Source of the DNA: an uncultured Chthonomonadaceae bacterium
GTDB taxonomy: Bacteria; Armatimonadota; Chthonomonadetes; Chthonomonadales; Chthonomonadaceae
Reading direction: 5' to 3'
Assembly (NCBI GenBank): GCA_963817895.1
Contig: CAWFQB010000004.1
Span: 128,001 to 192,000 of the forward strand
Length of the DNA: 64,000 nucleotides
Shown: positions 52,544 through 62,466 of the stretch, one piece after another
Layout: every line of letters begins with the position of its first letter
How positions within the stretch are numbered: position 1 is the stretch's first letter
The notes under the pieces: generated by a model
Databases searched by the model: none
What the model saw: the letters and a program-made list of their open reading frames with translations, nothing else
What the model was told of the DNA's origin: nothing
Position numbers and translations under genes: made by a program

Positions 52544-54883
52544 TTAGCCCTTTTCGGTATGGACGACCTGACCGCCAAAAATGTCCAGCACTTCCTTCAA
52601 CATGCCGATGCTGCGGTCTTCTTCGGGTTGCGGCGTGTAGGCGGGTGGGGCGGGAGTGGGTTTCGCTGCCCCGTTGCCGTTGCCATTTCCATTAGTGGAA
52701 GCCGCGACGCCGGAAACGCCGGAAGCATTGTTGGGGGAGGGAACAGGGGAAATGTTCGCGCCATTAGAGCTACCGGCAGGCGCGGCGGGCTGTAAAATAG
52801 CAGTGTCAGCCGTCCGAAAGTTATTTGCGCCATCGTTGGGAACACTGTTGGAAGTGGTGGGCGGCGCATAGGAAGTGGGTGGCGGCGCGGCGGTCGGAAC
52901 TTCGTAATCCATCACCCGCGTCGGGCCGGTCGGCGCGGCAATAATCGCGCGGAGAATCCAGCAGCGTTCCCGTTCCCATGCTTGCGGCCATGCCTGTTCC
53001 ATTGGAAGGCGGGTCAGTCGGCAATTTCGCGCCCACACCCGCGCCCCCGGAACCGTTCTGCCCGTCCAGAAGGCATTGGATGCGATAGCCTTCTGTTTTC
53101 AAGCCCTCATTAATCTTCTTTTCAACTAACTCTTTGGCCTTGTTCTGGATACGGTCACGGGCAAACGCTTCTTTGAACGAAAGAATAATCGTATTGCCCT
53201 GCAACGCGCTTACCTGCGCTTTTTCCAGAAACCCGCCCCCGGCAGGACTAATTTTGTGTACCGATTTTACAATGCGATCCCATGATCGGCGAATCACGTC
53301 CAGCGTAACGCCTTCGGCAAACTGATGCCCGCTGAAATCGGGAGCGGGAGAGGCAGGATTGCCGTTGCCCGCGCCATTGGAAGCGTTGAACGTCGCTGTC
53401 GTGGAAACGGCGGGCGTGGATTCCTGTATAAGTGGAACAGCGGTTATCGTCAGCGGCGGGGGCGCAAGGATCTCTTCCGGTTCCGTTTCCAGCGCGTCAG
53501 CCTCGTCCTCGTCTTCGTCATCCTCGTCTTGCGTTGCGCCGTTTGCGCCGAATGAGGCAGTGGACGCGAGGGTTTGCGCGGTTTCCTGCGTGGGCGGGCG
53601 CGGCACGTTGGTCGGGGAAGCGGCGACATTGGCGCGGGAGGGCAGTTCAATGTCGTCCGTGTGCTGCAATGGGGAGGATTTGCCGTTCGCGGCAGCAGTC
53701 TGCGTTTGCGGACGCGCGGAAGGCGACGCTGTTTTCTCCTGCGGGCGGATGGCGGGGCGGGCTTGCGGTTCCGCCGTAACAACGCCCTGCCCGATCTGCA
53801 TCAGGCGCACAAGGGTTCGTTCCAGAATCCAGCGGTGCTGATTGCTATTGCGGCACTCGCGCTCCGCTGCCGACAATTCGCCCATCATTTCCAGCAGGGA
53901 AGCGGGAGCGAAAACACCTGCCTGCGATTTGAGTAGGGCGAGTTTGTCCGCGCCCAACTCCTGCGCGGCTGCCTGTTTCGCGCCCGTCGCCAGCAGCATC
54001 AGGTCGCGCAAATGTCCGGCAAGCGCGGTCAGCAGTTGGCGAACGTCCGTACCGCTGTCCACAAGGTCGGACGCGATTCCCAGTGTCGCCGCCCAATCCC
54101 CCCGGCCAGCGTTTCCGTCACCTGCGCCAGCATCTCGGTTCCCACCGTGCCAAGCGCGCGGTGTACAATCGCAGCCGTGATATGCCCGTCCGAATACGCG
54201 AGTACCTGCTCCAGAATGGAAAGGGCGTCGCGCCACGAGCCTTCCGCGCTGCGGGCAACCGCCTGTACCGCTTCCGGTTCGGCAGTAAACCCTTCGGCCA
54301 GAATCACCCGCTCGATGGACGCGCTCAAATCATGCAGGCTGCCCCGCTTGAACTGATAGCCCTGACAGCGCGAACGAATCGTAATGGGAACTTTGTGGTA
54401 CTCCGTAGTGGCGAGAATAAAGACGACGTGGGGCGGCGGCTCTTCCAGCGTTTTCAACAGGGCGTCGAACGCTTTGGCTGAAAGGTCATGCACTTCGTCA
54501 ATGATGTACACTTTGTACCGCGCTTCACTCGCGGCGTATTGCACATTTTCAATGATTTTTTCGCGCACATTGTCCACGCCGGTTTCGCTGGCCGCGTCAA
54601 TCTCGACCACATCCATGCACGTATTCTCGCGTATGGACACGCACAATCGGCACACCCCGCACGGTTCGGCGGAAGGGCCATCCTGCGCCACGCAGTTCAG
54701 GGCGCGGGACAGCAGGCGGGCGGTAGACGTTTTGCCGCAACCCCTCGCGCCGTGAAACAGGTAGGCGTGGGCAATGCGTCCGGTCCGAATCGCGTTTTGC
54801 AGCGTGGTCGTCACGGATTCCTGTCCCATCAACTCGTCGAAGTTCTGGGAGCGGTATTTGCGGTAAAGGGCGATGTAGGACAT
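52544..54883 (-). CDS. dnaX: DNA polymerase III gamma/tau (frameshifted into 3 or more pieces)
   Basis: ALYRKYRSQ.F, GARGCGKTS, EIDAAS, DEVH, SRC; C-terminal VLDIFGG. Confidence 0.95.
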
Positions 54884-54886
54884 AAA

Positions 54887-54997
54887 AGTAGGGAGTAGGG
54901 AGTAGGAAGTAGGGAGTAGAGAAAACGCGGCTGGTTGTGCCGCTCACCCCGCATGACGCGGAGCCTTCTACTCCCTACTCCCTACTCCCTACTCCCT
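54887..54997. repeat. Heptamer hairpin (GGGAGTA)n between ffs and dnaX
   Basis: Arms 54887-54920 and 54967-54997. Confidence 0.92.
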
Positions 54998-55016
54998 GTT
55001 TTTGCCTTCGATGCTC

Positions 55017-55118
55017 AGAGCCGGGGTGAGGAACGTACTCGGGAGTTCAGACTTAAGGCTGCTGGGTTCCCCCCCTGACACTGGTTCATCCAACCGCCGA
55101 TACGCCCGCCCCGGCTCT
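55017..55118 (-). ncRNA. ffs: Signal recognition particle RNA (4.5S)
   Basis: Domain IV TCAGG-GGG-GGAA-CCC-AGCAGC; terminal stem AGAGCCGGGG/CCCCGGCTCT; TATAAT upstream; ffs-dnaX-ybaB-recR synteny. Confidence 0.92.
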
Positions 55119-55257
55119 CAACACCGAACGCTTCTATACACCATTATACCAAATCGGCAACAAGAACGCAACGGCTATTTTCATGGCGACATAATCGGGT
55201 CGAAAGTTGAACAGAGCGCAGATTGTTGTATGCTTGATGCGCTTTTGTAGTGTCCCG

Positions 55258-55882
55258 TCAGGAGGGAGGGGAAGAGTTCAGGCGTCCAGTCGCCATGTAC
55301 AGCAGAATGCCCATAATTTTATCCACATCTTTAATGTAGTAGTCGGCGGCGTCAATGCGGGCAATCGCGCCTTCGAGTTCCAGAAACTTCCACTGATTGC
55401 CGATGCTGACCGCGCCGTATATCTTCGGAACATCGCTGCCTTCGCGCGCATTGAACAACTGCGCGGCAATCATTTCGGCAAGGCACTGCGCATACCCCTG
55501 TTTAATCTCCTCGTTTTTGGCCTCTGCCAGCATGAGTACGGGAGCCTCGACAAACATCTGCTGCCGGGAACGGGTCACGATGTAATCACAAAAGCCGCTC
55601 AGGTCTTGCAGCGCGTCTACGGTAAATTCCACGCCGCTAAACAGCGCGATCTCGTTATGCGCCATATAACGCGCTTCCGCCAGAATGGGCGCGATGATAA
55701 ATTCGGAGCGCGACCGTTCGGTAGACACTTGCAAAGCCATTTCCATATCGCGCTGCAAGCGCCGTAAAAACGCCGGTTCAGGCGTGACGGCAGGAATTGC
55801 GCGCGAACAGATCAGCGTTGGTTTCCAGCGTCAAATTGAACTTTTTGGTTAGCCTGCTCAGTGTGAAATCAGAATAAGCCAC
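55258..55882 (-). CDS. PD-(D/E)XK-like conserved hypothetical protein (frameshift near 55790)
   Basis: AYSDFTL..., RSEFIIAPIL, GFCDY, EAKNE, QCLAEMIAAQLFN, YGAVS.G..WKFL. Confidence 0.7.
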
Positions 55883-56083
55883 ACTGTCTCCCTGCTGCAA
55901 ACATTGCTGGCCTTTCACACAACAAACCCCAACCTGTCGCCATACGAACACTATACCAAAATTGCCGCAACAAAGCAACGGCAATTTACATGCAGGCAGT
56001 GGCGCTGTCGCGCGTGTAGACATGTGGATGGAACGCTATACGGTATACTTATAATCACATATACATTTTTAAGGATGGACGGG

Positions 56084-57970
56084 ATGAGTTATTATGAGGA
56101 ACAAGCCGGGTACGCCACGCTGAAAGACGCGCTGGAGAATTATACCGTAGAGAATCTGAAGAAATTGAACGCGCTGTTCAAAACGGAAAAGCCTGCGCGT
56201 AAAGCGGCGCTTGTGGATATTCTGATGGCGCAAATGAACGGCGGCAAATTGCGCGAAACGTGGGGGCGTCTGGATGCCACGCAGCAGGCGGCGGTTGCCG
56301 AAGCGCTGTACGCGCCGGATGGTCGCTACAATGCCGAGCGCTTTCAGGCCAAGTACGGCAAGTCCCCCAATTTAGGCACACGCCCGGACTGGCAAAACAG
56401 CTATCGGGAAGAAGCCTCGCTGTTGAGCATGTTTCTGCACCGCAACGTATTGCCCGAAGACTTGAAACCCCGCTTGAAGGCGTTCGTGCCGGTTCCGCCG
56501 CGCATTGTGCTGGAATCGCAGGATGAGATTGAGGATGTATTCGACCTGTTTGAAAAATCCTATGATTATGAGACGAAAAAATATACGGACGTGGTCACGC
56601 CCCTCCCGGTTGTTCGCCGCGAAACAGAGCGCGACGCGCTACAGGATGCGCCCGTGCTGCTGCGGCTTATCAGCGCGGGCAAAGTGAGCGTGAGCGAGAA
56701 AACAAGCCTGCCGACAGCGGGTTCCGTGAAAGCCATCGGCGCATTGCTGCACGGCGGCGACTTTTACGATAATATGCCCGGTGTAGAAGGGGAAGACGAT
56801 GCGCGTGATGAGAATGAAGAAGCGGTTGGGCCGGTGAAAGCGTTCGCGTGGCCGTTGCTGGTACAGGCGGGAAAGTTCGCCGTTCTGCACGGCAAGAAAT
56901 TGGATTTGACACCGGCGGGGCAAAAGGCGCTGCTGACTCCACCCTCGGAAATCCTGCGCAGTATGTGGCAAAACTGGCTAAAATCGTCCCTGTACGACGA
57001 ACTCCGGCGCATCAACAACATACGCGGGCAGACCGGCAATGGCCTGAAGAGCCTGACTTCGCCCAAAACTCGGCGCGATTCCATTGTTAAAACGATGCAG
57101 CATTGCCCTGTCGGAAAATGGGTGAATGTGGATCATTTTCTGCGCTACCTTCATGCCGAACACGATTTCGAGGTGTCGCGCGACGAGTGGACACTGTATA
57201 TCTCGTCCGCGGATTACGGCAGCCTGGGTTATGACTTTGGCGCGGGAGCCAGTCAGTGGAACATTTTGCAGGCGCGTTATACCCTGTGTTTTCTGTTCGA
57301 GTACGCGGCCACGCTCGGCCTGATTGATGTTGCCTATACCCGCCCCGCCGGGGTTCGTTCCGATTATAGCGGCTTCTGGGGCGCGGATGATCTGTACTTT
57401 TTCAGCCGCTACGATGGCTTGCAGTATCTGCGCCTGAACAGTTTGGGCGCGTACTGCCTCGGCTTGGCCGACACCTACACGCTTGCGCCGCAGGAACACC
57501 GCCCGACCCTGCGCGTTCTGCCCAACCGCGATGTCGTGATTACCGATTTGGAGGCAGCAGCGGGAGACATGCTGATTTTGAGTCTGTACGCGGAAAAGAG
57601 TTCCGAGCGCGTGTGGCGATTGGAGCAGGCAAAAATGCTGGCCGCTGTGGAGAGTGGGCGTGACCTGAAAGAATTGCGCAACCTGCTGCAAACCCGCAGC
57701 GAAAACGAATTGCCGGAAGTAATCGCGCGGTTTCTGGATGATGTGGAGGAGCGCAGCCGCCGCGTACTGGATCGGGGCATGGCGCGGCTTATCGAGTGCG
57801 CCGACAAAGATACCGCCCAACTGCTGTCACACGACCCGCGCACCAAACGCTACTGCATGGCGGCGGGCGAACGTCATATCGTGGTATCAGCAGAAAATGA
57901 GGCCGCGTTCCGCAAGGGATTGCGCCAGTTGGGGTATATCCTGCCTGCCGCGCTGCCGGAGCGGAAGTAA
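56084..57970 (+). CDS. Helicase-associated (XPB-binding, Helicase_C_3-like) domain protein
   Basis: C-terminal LRVLPN...L.LYAE...VWRL....ML.A...G.....L..LL....ELP pattern. Confidence 0.7.
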   Translation: MSYYEEQAGYATLKDALENYTVENLKKLNALFKTEKPARKAALVDILMAQMNGGKLRETWGRLDATQQAAVAEALYAPDGRYNAERFQAKYGKSPNLGTRPDWQNSYREEASLLSMFLHRNVLPEDLKPRLKAFVPVPPRIVLESQDEIEDVFDLFEKSYDYETKKYTDVVTPLPVVRRETERDALQDAPVLLRLISAGKVSVSEKTSLPTAGSVKAIGALLHGGDFYDNMPGVEGEDDARDENEEAVGPVKAFAWPLLVQAGKFAVLHGKKLDLTPAGQKALLTPPSEILRSMWQNWLKSSLYDELRRINNIRGQTGNGLKSLTSPKTRRDSIVKTMQHCPVGKWVNVDHFLRYLHAEHDFEVSRDEWTLYISSADYGSLGYDFGAGASQWNILQARYTLCFLFEYAATLGLIDVAYTRPAGVRSDYSGFWGADDLYFFSRYDGLQYLRLNSLGAYCLGLADTYTLAPQEHRPTLRVLPNRDVVITDLEAAAGDMLILSLYAEKSSERVWRLEQAKMLAAVESGRDLKELRNLLQTRSENELPEVIARFLDDVEERSRRVLDRGMARLIECADKDTAQLLSHDPRTKRYCMAAGERHIVVSAENEAAFRKGLRQLGYILPAALPERK

Positions 57971-58024
57971 GAGAACAAAAGAAGGAATACGCACATCGAA
58001 ACGATAGAAAAGGCGGCTCGCCTG

Positions 58025-58741
58025 TTGTTGGAAAGTGACGCGGTTTTGTTCGATCTGGATAACACGCTGATTGAAACCCATATAGACTTTGCGGAGATGA
58101 AGCGGAAGACGCTGGCGTTGGGCGTGGAGTGGGGCGTGAATACAGAGACTATGGGCGATATGGACATTCTTGCCATTGTCGAAAAAGTGACAGCGATTTT
58201 GCAGAGCATTACCATGAGCGGAGCGCATAAAGATTTCCACGAAGCCGCGTATGCGATGCTGGCCGCGCAGGAGGCCGAACAGTGCGCCGACCCCGTTTTG
58301 CTGCCCGGAGCGTCCGAACTGCTGTCGTGCCTAAATCGGCGCGGCGTTCCCATCGGCGTAGTCACGCGCAATTGCCGCATGGTGGCGGACCGTCTGCTCG
58401 TGGAGGGCGATTTGCAGTGCGACGTTCTGCTGGCTCGAGAAGATGCGACTCAGGTCAAGCCGCATCCCGATCATCTGCGCGACGCCCTGCGCGTCCTGCG
58501 AACCAAATTCCCCGAACGACGCTTGCAATCGCAAAATTGCCTGATGGTGGGCGATCACGTCATGGACATTCAGGCAGGCCGCGCCGCGCAAATGCGTACG
58601 CTGGGTTTACACCGACAACACCCGCCCGAAGCGTTCGCCGATTGCCCGCCCGATGTGCTGCTCAAGGATGTTGCCGAACTCTGGGAAGGGGTGTCAGGTG
58701 TCAGGTGTCGGGTGTTGGGAAAGGGGCGTAACTTGCGTTAA
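58025..58741 (+). CDS. HAD family hydrolase
   Basis: FDLDNTL, VVTRN, KPHPD, MVGDH.MD. Confidence 0.9.
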   Translation: MLESDAVLFDLDNTLIETHIDFAEMKRKTLALGVEWGVNTETMGDMDILAIVEKVTAILQSITMSGAHKDFHEAAYAMLAAQEAEQCADPVLLPGASELLSCLNRRGVPIGVVTRNCRMVADRLLVEGDLQCDVLLAREDATQVKPHPDHLRDALRVLRTKFPERRLQSQNCLMVGDHVMDIQAGRAAQMRTLGLHRQHPPEAFADCPPDVLLKDVAELWEGVSGVRCRVLGKGRNLR

Positions 58742-58831
58742 ATGTTTCCATTTGACAGCAAGCGCGAAATGCGCGTATGGACAATTCAAACACCCAAACA
58801 CCCGACACCCGACACCCGACACCCGACACCC
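58688..58831. repeat. Heptamer hairpin (GGTGTCR)n/(CACCCGA)n spanning the HAD 3' end and GT2 5' end
   Basis: Arms 58688-58719 and 58787-58831. Confidence 0.9.
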
Positions 58832-59700
58832 TCCTCTCTATTTGCATCGTCAACTGGAACACGCGCGATCTGCTGCTCGACGCGCTTGCCAGCATCTATA
58901 ACGCGCCGCCAAACTTTGGGTTTGAAGTGGTTGTTGTGGATAACGCTTCGCATGATGGCAGCGCCCTCGCGGTACGGGAACGGTTTCCGCAGGCAACGCT
59001 TATCGCCAACGAAGAAAATATCGGGTACGCGGAGGGCAACAATCAGGCGATGCAGCGGGCTTGCGCCGCGTATAATCTGTTATTGAACCCCGATGTGATT
59101 TTGCCTCCGGGGGGATTGGCAAAAGCCGTCGCGTTTATGGAACAACATCCTGACGCGGGCGCATTGGGCGTCCGGCAGGTACACCCGGACGGCAGTTTGC
59201 AGAAGTCAGTACGCGGATTTCCCACGCCGCTCACCGTGCTGTGGGAACTGATCGGCCTGAGTCGCCTGTTGTCCCACAGCCCCTTCTTCGGCGCGTACCG
59301 CATGACATGGTTCGATTACAGGCATGTTGCGGAAGTGGATCAGCCGATGGGCACATTTCTACTATTGCGCCGTCAAACCATAGAAGAGATTGGAATGATG
59401 GATCTGGCCTTCCCGATTTTCTTCAACGAAGTGGATTGGTGTTTGCGCTGCAAGCGGGCGGGCTGGAAAATCTGGTTCACGCCCGATGTCGAAATTATCC
59501 ATTATGGTGGCGCAAGCACGATACAGGTGGGCGGCGCGATGGCATGGGAGTCCCGGCGCGGGCTGCTGCGCTTTTATGCCAAACACTACCGCACCATCTG
59601 GCTCTGGCCCCTGCGCCTGCTTATCGCCGCCGCTTCCTGGCCCCATGCCTGGCTGCAAGCGCGAAAAAGGCAGAAGCAAGTGATGAGTGATGAACAATGA
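58777..59700 (+). CDS. Glycosyltransferase family 2 (rhamnosyltransferase-like)
   Basis: SICIVNWN, VVDNAS.DGS, LLNPD, FFNEVDWC. Confidence 0.92.
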   Translation: MDNSNTQTPDTRHPTPDTLLSICIVNWNTRDLLLDALASIYNAPPNFGFEVVVVDNASHDGSALAVRERFPQATLIANEENIGYAEGNNQAMQRACAAYNLLLNPDVILPPGGLAKAVAFMEQHPDAGALGVRQVHPDGSLQKSVRGFPTPLTVLWELIGLSRLLSHSPFFGAYRMTWFDYRHVAEVDQPMGTFLLLRRQTIEEIGMMDLAFPIFFNEVDWCLRCKRAGWKIWFTPDVEIIHYGGASTIQVGGAMAWESRRGLLRFYAKHYRTIWLWPLRLLIAAASWPHAWLQARKRQKQVMSDEQ

Positions 59701-59748
59701 GTGATGAGTAACATCCCATTCATCATTCAGCACTCCTCGTTCAGCATT
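59679..59748. repeat. Heptamer hairpin (AGTGATG)n/(TTCATCA)-like at the GT2 3' end
   Basis: Arms 59679-59709 and 59718-59748. Confidence 0.78.
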
Positions 59749-59765
59749 GTTGATGGAGGTGTTTC

Positions 59766-60935
59766 GTGATTACGCGCGTTCGGGTGAAAAATTTTCGCAG
59801 TCTGGCGGATATAGATGTGACGCTCGGCCCACTGACAGTGCTGGTCGGGCGCAACGGCGCGGGTAAAAGCGCGTTTTTGGACGTGTTGCGTTTTGTAGGT
59901 GAAGCCCTACAGCCAGGAATGGGATTGGAAGCCGCATTTGGTCAGCGAGGAGCAATTTCGTCTGTGCGCCGTCGAGAACCGGAGCGTCTTTGCCATGATC
60001 TTGCCATCACGGTGAATGTCGAAGCGGAAGATCTATGGGCGGAGTATGGCTTCGTTATTGATACATGCGATGACAGTCTGATGCGCGTAAAGAGGGAGAG
60101 TTTGCGGCAGGGAACAAGCGAAGCATCTGCTCAGACCATTTTTGAAATTGAAAATGGAACGTGGAAAACGTCGGCATCTACACCGTTTGGCTCACTTGAC
60201 TCAGAAGAGCAAATTCCACGCGGTCATTTATTGATGGGAACATTGTCTTCATTCAGAATAGATACCGCGAACATGTTGCGGCATCTAGTGAATACAACAG
60301 TATACAACTTCAACCCGGCGACACTTCCTACTCTCCAACAGAAACGTGATGACCGTTTGTTGTCGCAGACCGGCGATAATCTCGCCTCGATGCTGCAAAG
60401 AGCGGATGAAGACGGTTGGTTATCTCCCATTAAAGCCACTCTGCGCTTGATTGTCAGCGATATTAAAGACGTTCGTGTAGATGCTATCAACGATCATCTA
60501 CTGATAGGTTTGCTTCATAGTGACTACAAAGAGAGTGCGCTTTGGTTCGACCTGAAAATGGAGTCCTCCGGCACGATAAGGCTTCTTGCGCTACTAACGG
60601 CTTTGTACCAGAGAGCGACGTACCCCTTGATTGCTATTGAGGAACCAGAATTGTTCTTATACCCAAACTCCATGCCGATTTTGGCAGGTGTCATCAAAGA
60701 AACCGCGCTCAATCATCAAGTGATTGTAACCACGCAAAGCCCGGACTTTATTTCTGAGTTTGATGTGGAGCAGTTGCTTATTGCAGAGCGTAAAGGGGGC
60801 ATGACACTCATCGGTCCATTGTTGCCTGAACAAATGGATGCTGTTCACAAGCAATTGTTTACAACCGGCGACCTGCTGCGCATTGAAGGGCTACGCGCTA
60901 CGCCTTTTGAAGCGGTGAGCGCCGCCGATGTCTAA
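59766..60935 (+). CDS. AAA_21/SMC-like ABC ATPase
   Basis: KNFRS, GRNGAGKS, ESSGT, IEEPE, VTTQS. Confidence 0.88.
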   Translation: MITRVRVKNFRSLADIDVTLGPLTVLVGRNGAGKSAFLDVLRFVGEALQPGMGLEAAFGQRGAISSVRRREPERLCHDLAITVNVEAEDLWAEYGFVIDTCDDSLMRVKRESLRQGTSEASAQTIFEIENGTWKTSASTPFGSLDSEEQIPRGHLLMGTLSSFRIDTANMLRHLVNTTVYNFNPATLPTLQQKRDDRLLSQTGDNLASMLQRADEDGWLSPIKATLRLIVSDIKDVRVDAINDHLLIGLLHSDYKESALWFDLKMESSGTIRLLALLTALYQRATYPLIAIEEPELFLYPNSMPILAGVIKETALNHQVIVTTQSPDFISEFDVEQLLIAERKGGMTLIGPLLPEQMDAVHKQLFTTGDLLRIEGLRATPFEAVSAADV

Positions 60936-61584
60936 AGTTGTACCGATTGTGGAAGGCCATGGTGATGTCGGCGCAGTGCCTGTTCTCTGCTACAAACTGT
61001 TGAGGGATAGTCAGCGGTACGATGTTCAGGTAGATGTCGCCATTGATGCGAAGGGGCGCAGTAATCTGACCAAAAAGGGCGGGTTAGAGCAGTTGATTGA
61101 ACGCGCCTGGAACCGACCGGGGTGTAATGCTGTTCTGATACTCGTGGATGCGGATGATAATTGCGCGGTTCATCTGGCAAGGGATTTTACAAGGCGTATT
61201 CTGGCGATGGGCAATCCGCGCTGCGCCGTTGTTGTAGCAGTCGCTGCAATGGAATACGAAGCCTGGTTTCTGGCAATCATGGAAACACTGGCAGGTCAAA
61301 TTGTTAGAGACGGTCTGATGTTACCGATAGAAACCAGCTTCACAGGAGATGTTGAAGCAATCAGGGATGTAAAGGCATGGATAACCAGCCAACTGCCCCG
61401 TGTAGGTGGATACAGGCGGGTAGCCTACGATGAAGCACAAGACCAACTTACTATGACGCGCTTGATTGACCCAACACTGGCCCGCGCCAACTCGCGCTCG
61501 TTTCGGCGGCTGTGCCATGCTATCGAACAAATTCTGGACGCGGTTGATAACAACAAGATTGTGGTGACGCCGGAAGCGGTATGA
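60928..61584 (+). CDS. DUF4276-like TOPRIM-fold partner protein
   Basis: IVEGHGD, LVDADD, EYEAWFLA, SRSFRRL; overlaps the ATPase stop. Confidence 0.78.
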   Translation: MSKVVPIVEGHGDVGAVPVLCYKLLRDSQRYDVQVDVAIDAKGRSNLTKKGGLEQLIERAWNRPGCNAVLILVDADDNCAVHLARDFTRRILAMGNPRCAVVVAVAAMEYEAWFLAIMETLAGQIVRDGLMLPIETSFTGDVEAIRDVKAWITSQLPRVGGYRRVAYDEAQDQLTMTRLIDPTLARANSRSFRRLCHAIEQILDAVDNNKIVVTPEAV

Positions 61585-61608
61585 ACAACCGTAAAAGAAC
61601 AGGATGGG

Positions 61609-62361
61609 ATGATAGCTGTGGAAGAGACAGGGATGATACGGGTGCAGGAAGCAGACTTTGAGGAGGTAGCGGCGCAGCATGTAGACTTTTTCCTGCAAGT
61701 CAAAGGCATGTCCCTGATTGTGGGCGATGCCGCCCTGAACAAAGCCCGCGAAGTGCAGCAGCTTGTCAACGAACTGAAAGCCATCGGCGCGACGGACGCG
61801 GATATTAAATTGCTCGGCGTACAGGCGGACGCTTCCACCGGCATTTTAGGCCGCCACTCTTCCGCAACCTACTCGCTGAAAGCGCATTGCGCGAAATTGG
61901 AAACCATGCCGGATTATCTCGGCGTCATCACATCGCAAAAGAACACAACCGTCAACTATCTGCAATGGGATTACGGCGACCTGCGCGACATACAATTGCG
62001 CCTGCTGGATCGCTGCATCGAATGGGCAAATGAAAAAGCGCAGCGTATTGCAAAAGGCTTGAATGTAACCATTGCTGGCGTGTACCGGTTTACAGATGCA
62101 ATAAGTACATCAGAGGGAGATTTCACGTCTGCTGAACAGAGCATGGCGATGATGAGACGAAGACTTCAAGAGCAGGAGTTTGACGAGCGAGACAGACCTA
62201 GCGGAATGAACGCAAATAGGAAATACGCACTTGAGGAGAGACCACGTCGCATTACTGTGCAGGAACTCGGAATGGAGATTTCTCACAACAATCATGTTGT
62301 TATTGGGGTCAGCATCGAGTACCGAATTGCGCCGCAGAGTAACCAATCCGGCCAATCATAA
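61609..62361 (+). CDS. SIMPL (DUF541)-like protein
   Basis: L..IG..DADIK, A.EKAQRIAKGL.V.I, C-terminal VSIEYRI. Confidence 0.62.
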   Translation: MIAVEETGMIRVQEADFEEVAAQHVDFFLQVKGMSLIVGDAALNKAREVQQLVNELKAIGATDADIKLLGVQADASTGILGRHSSATYSLKAHCAKLETMPDYLGVITSQKNTTVNYLQWDYGDLRDIQLRLLDRCIEWANEKAQRIAKGLNVTIAGVYRFTDAISTSEGDFTSAEQSMAMMRRRLQEQEFDERDRPSGMNANRKYALEERPRRITVQELGMEISHNNHVVIGVSIEYRIAPQSNQSGQS

Positions 62362-62466
62362 TCAATGCGCGACGCTGACAGTTTAGCCTTCTCCCATTCT
62401 GGGAGAAGGTGGGCGAAGCCCGGATGAGGGCGCAGTCTCGTAGCCAACGCAGAAAGCCGTAACCAA

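Noticed and set aside
52821..54236. Programmed ribosomal frameshift in dnaX (tau/gamma)
   Set aside because: The break near 54100 falls at a G/C homopolymer, not an A AAA AAG slippery site, and neighbouring genes show the same kind of indel.
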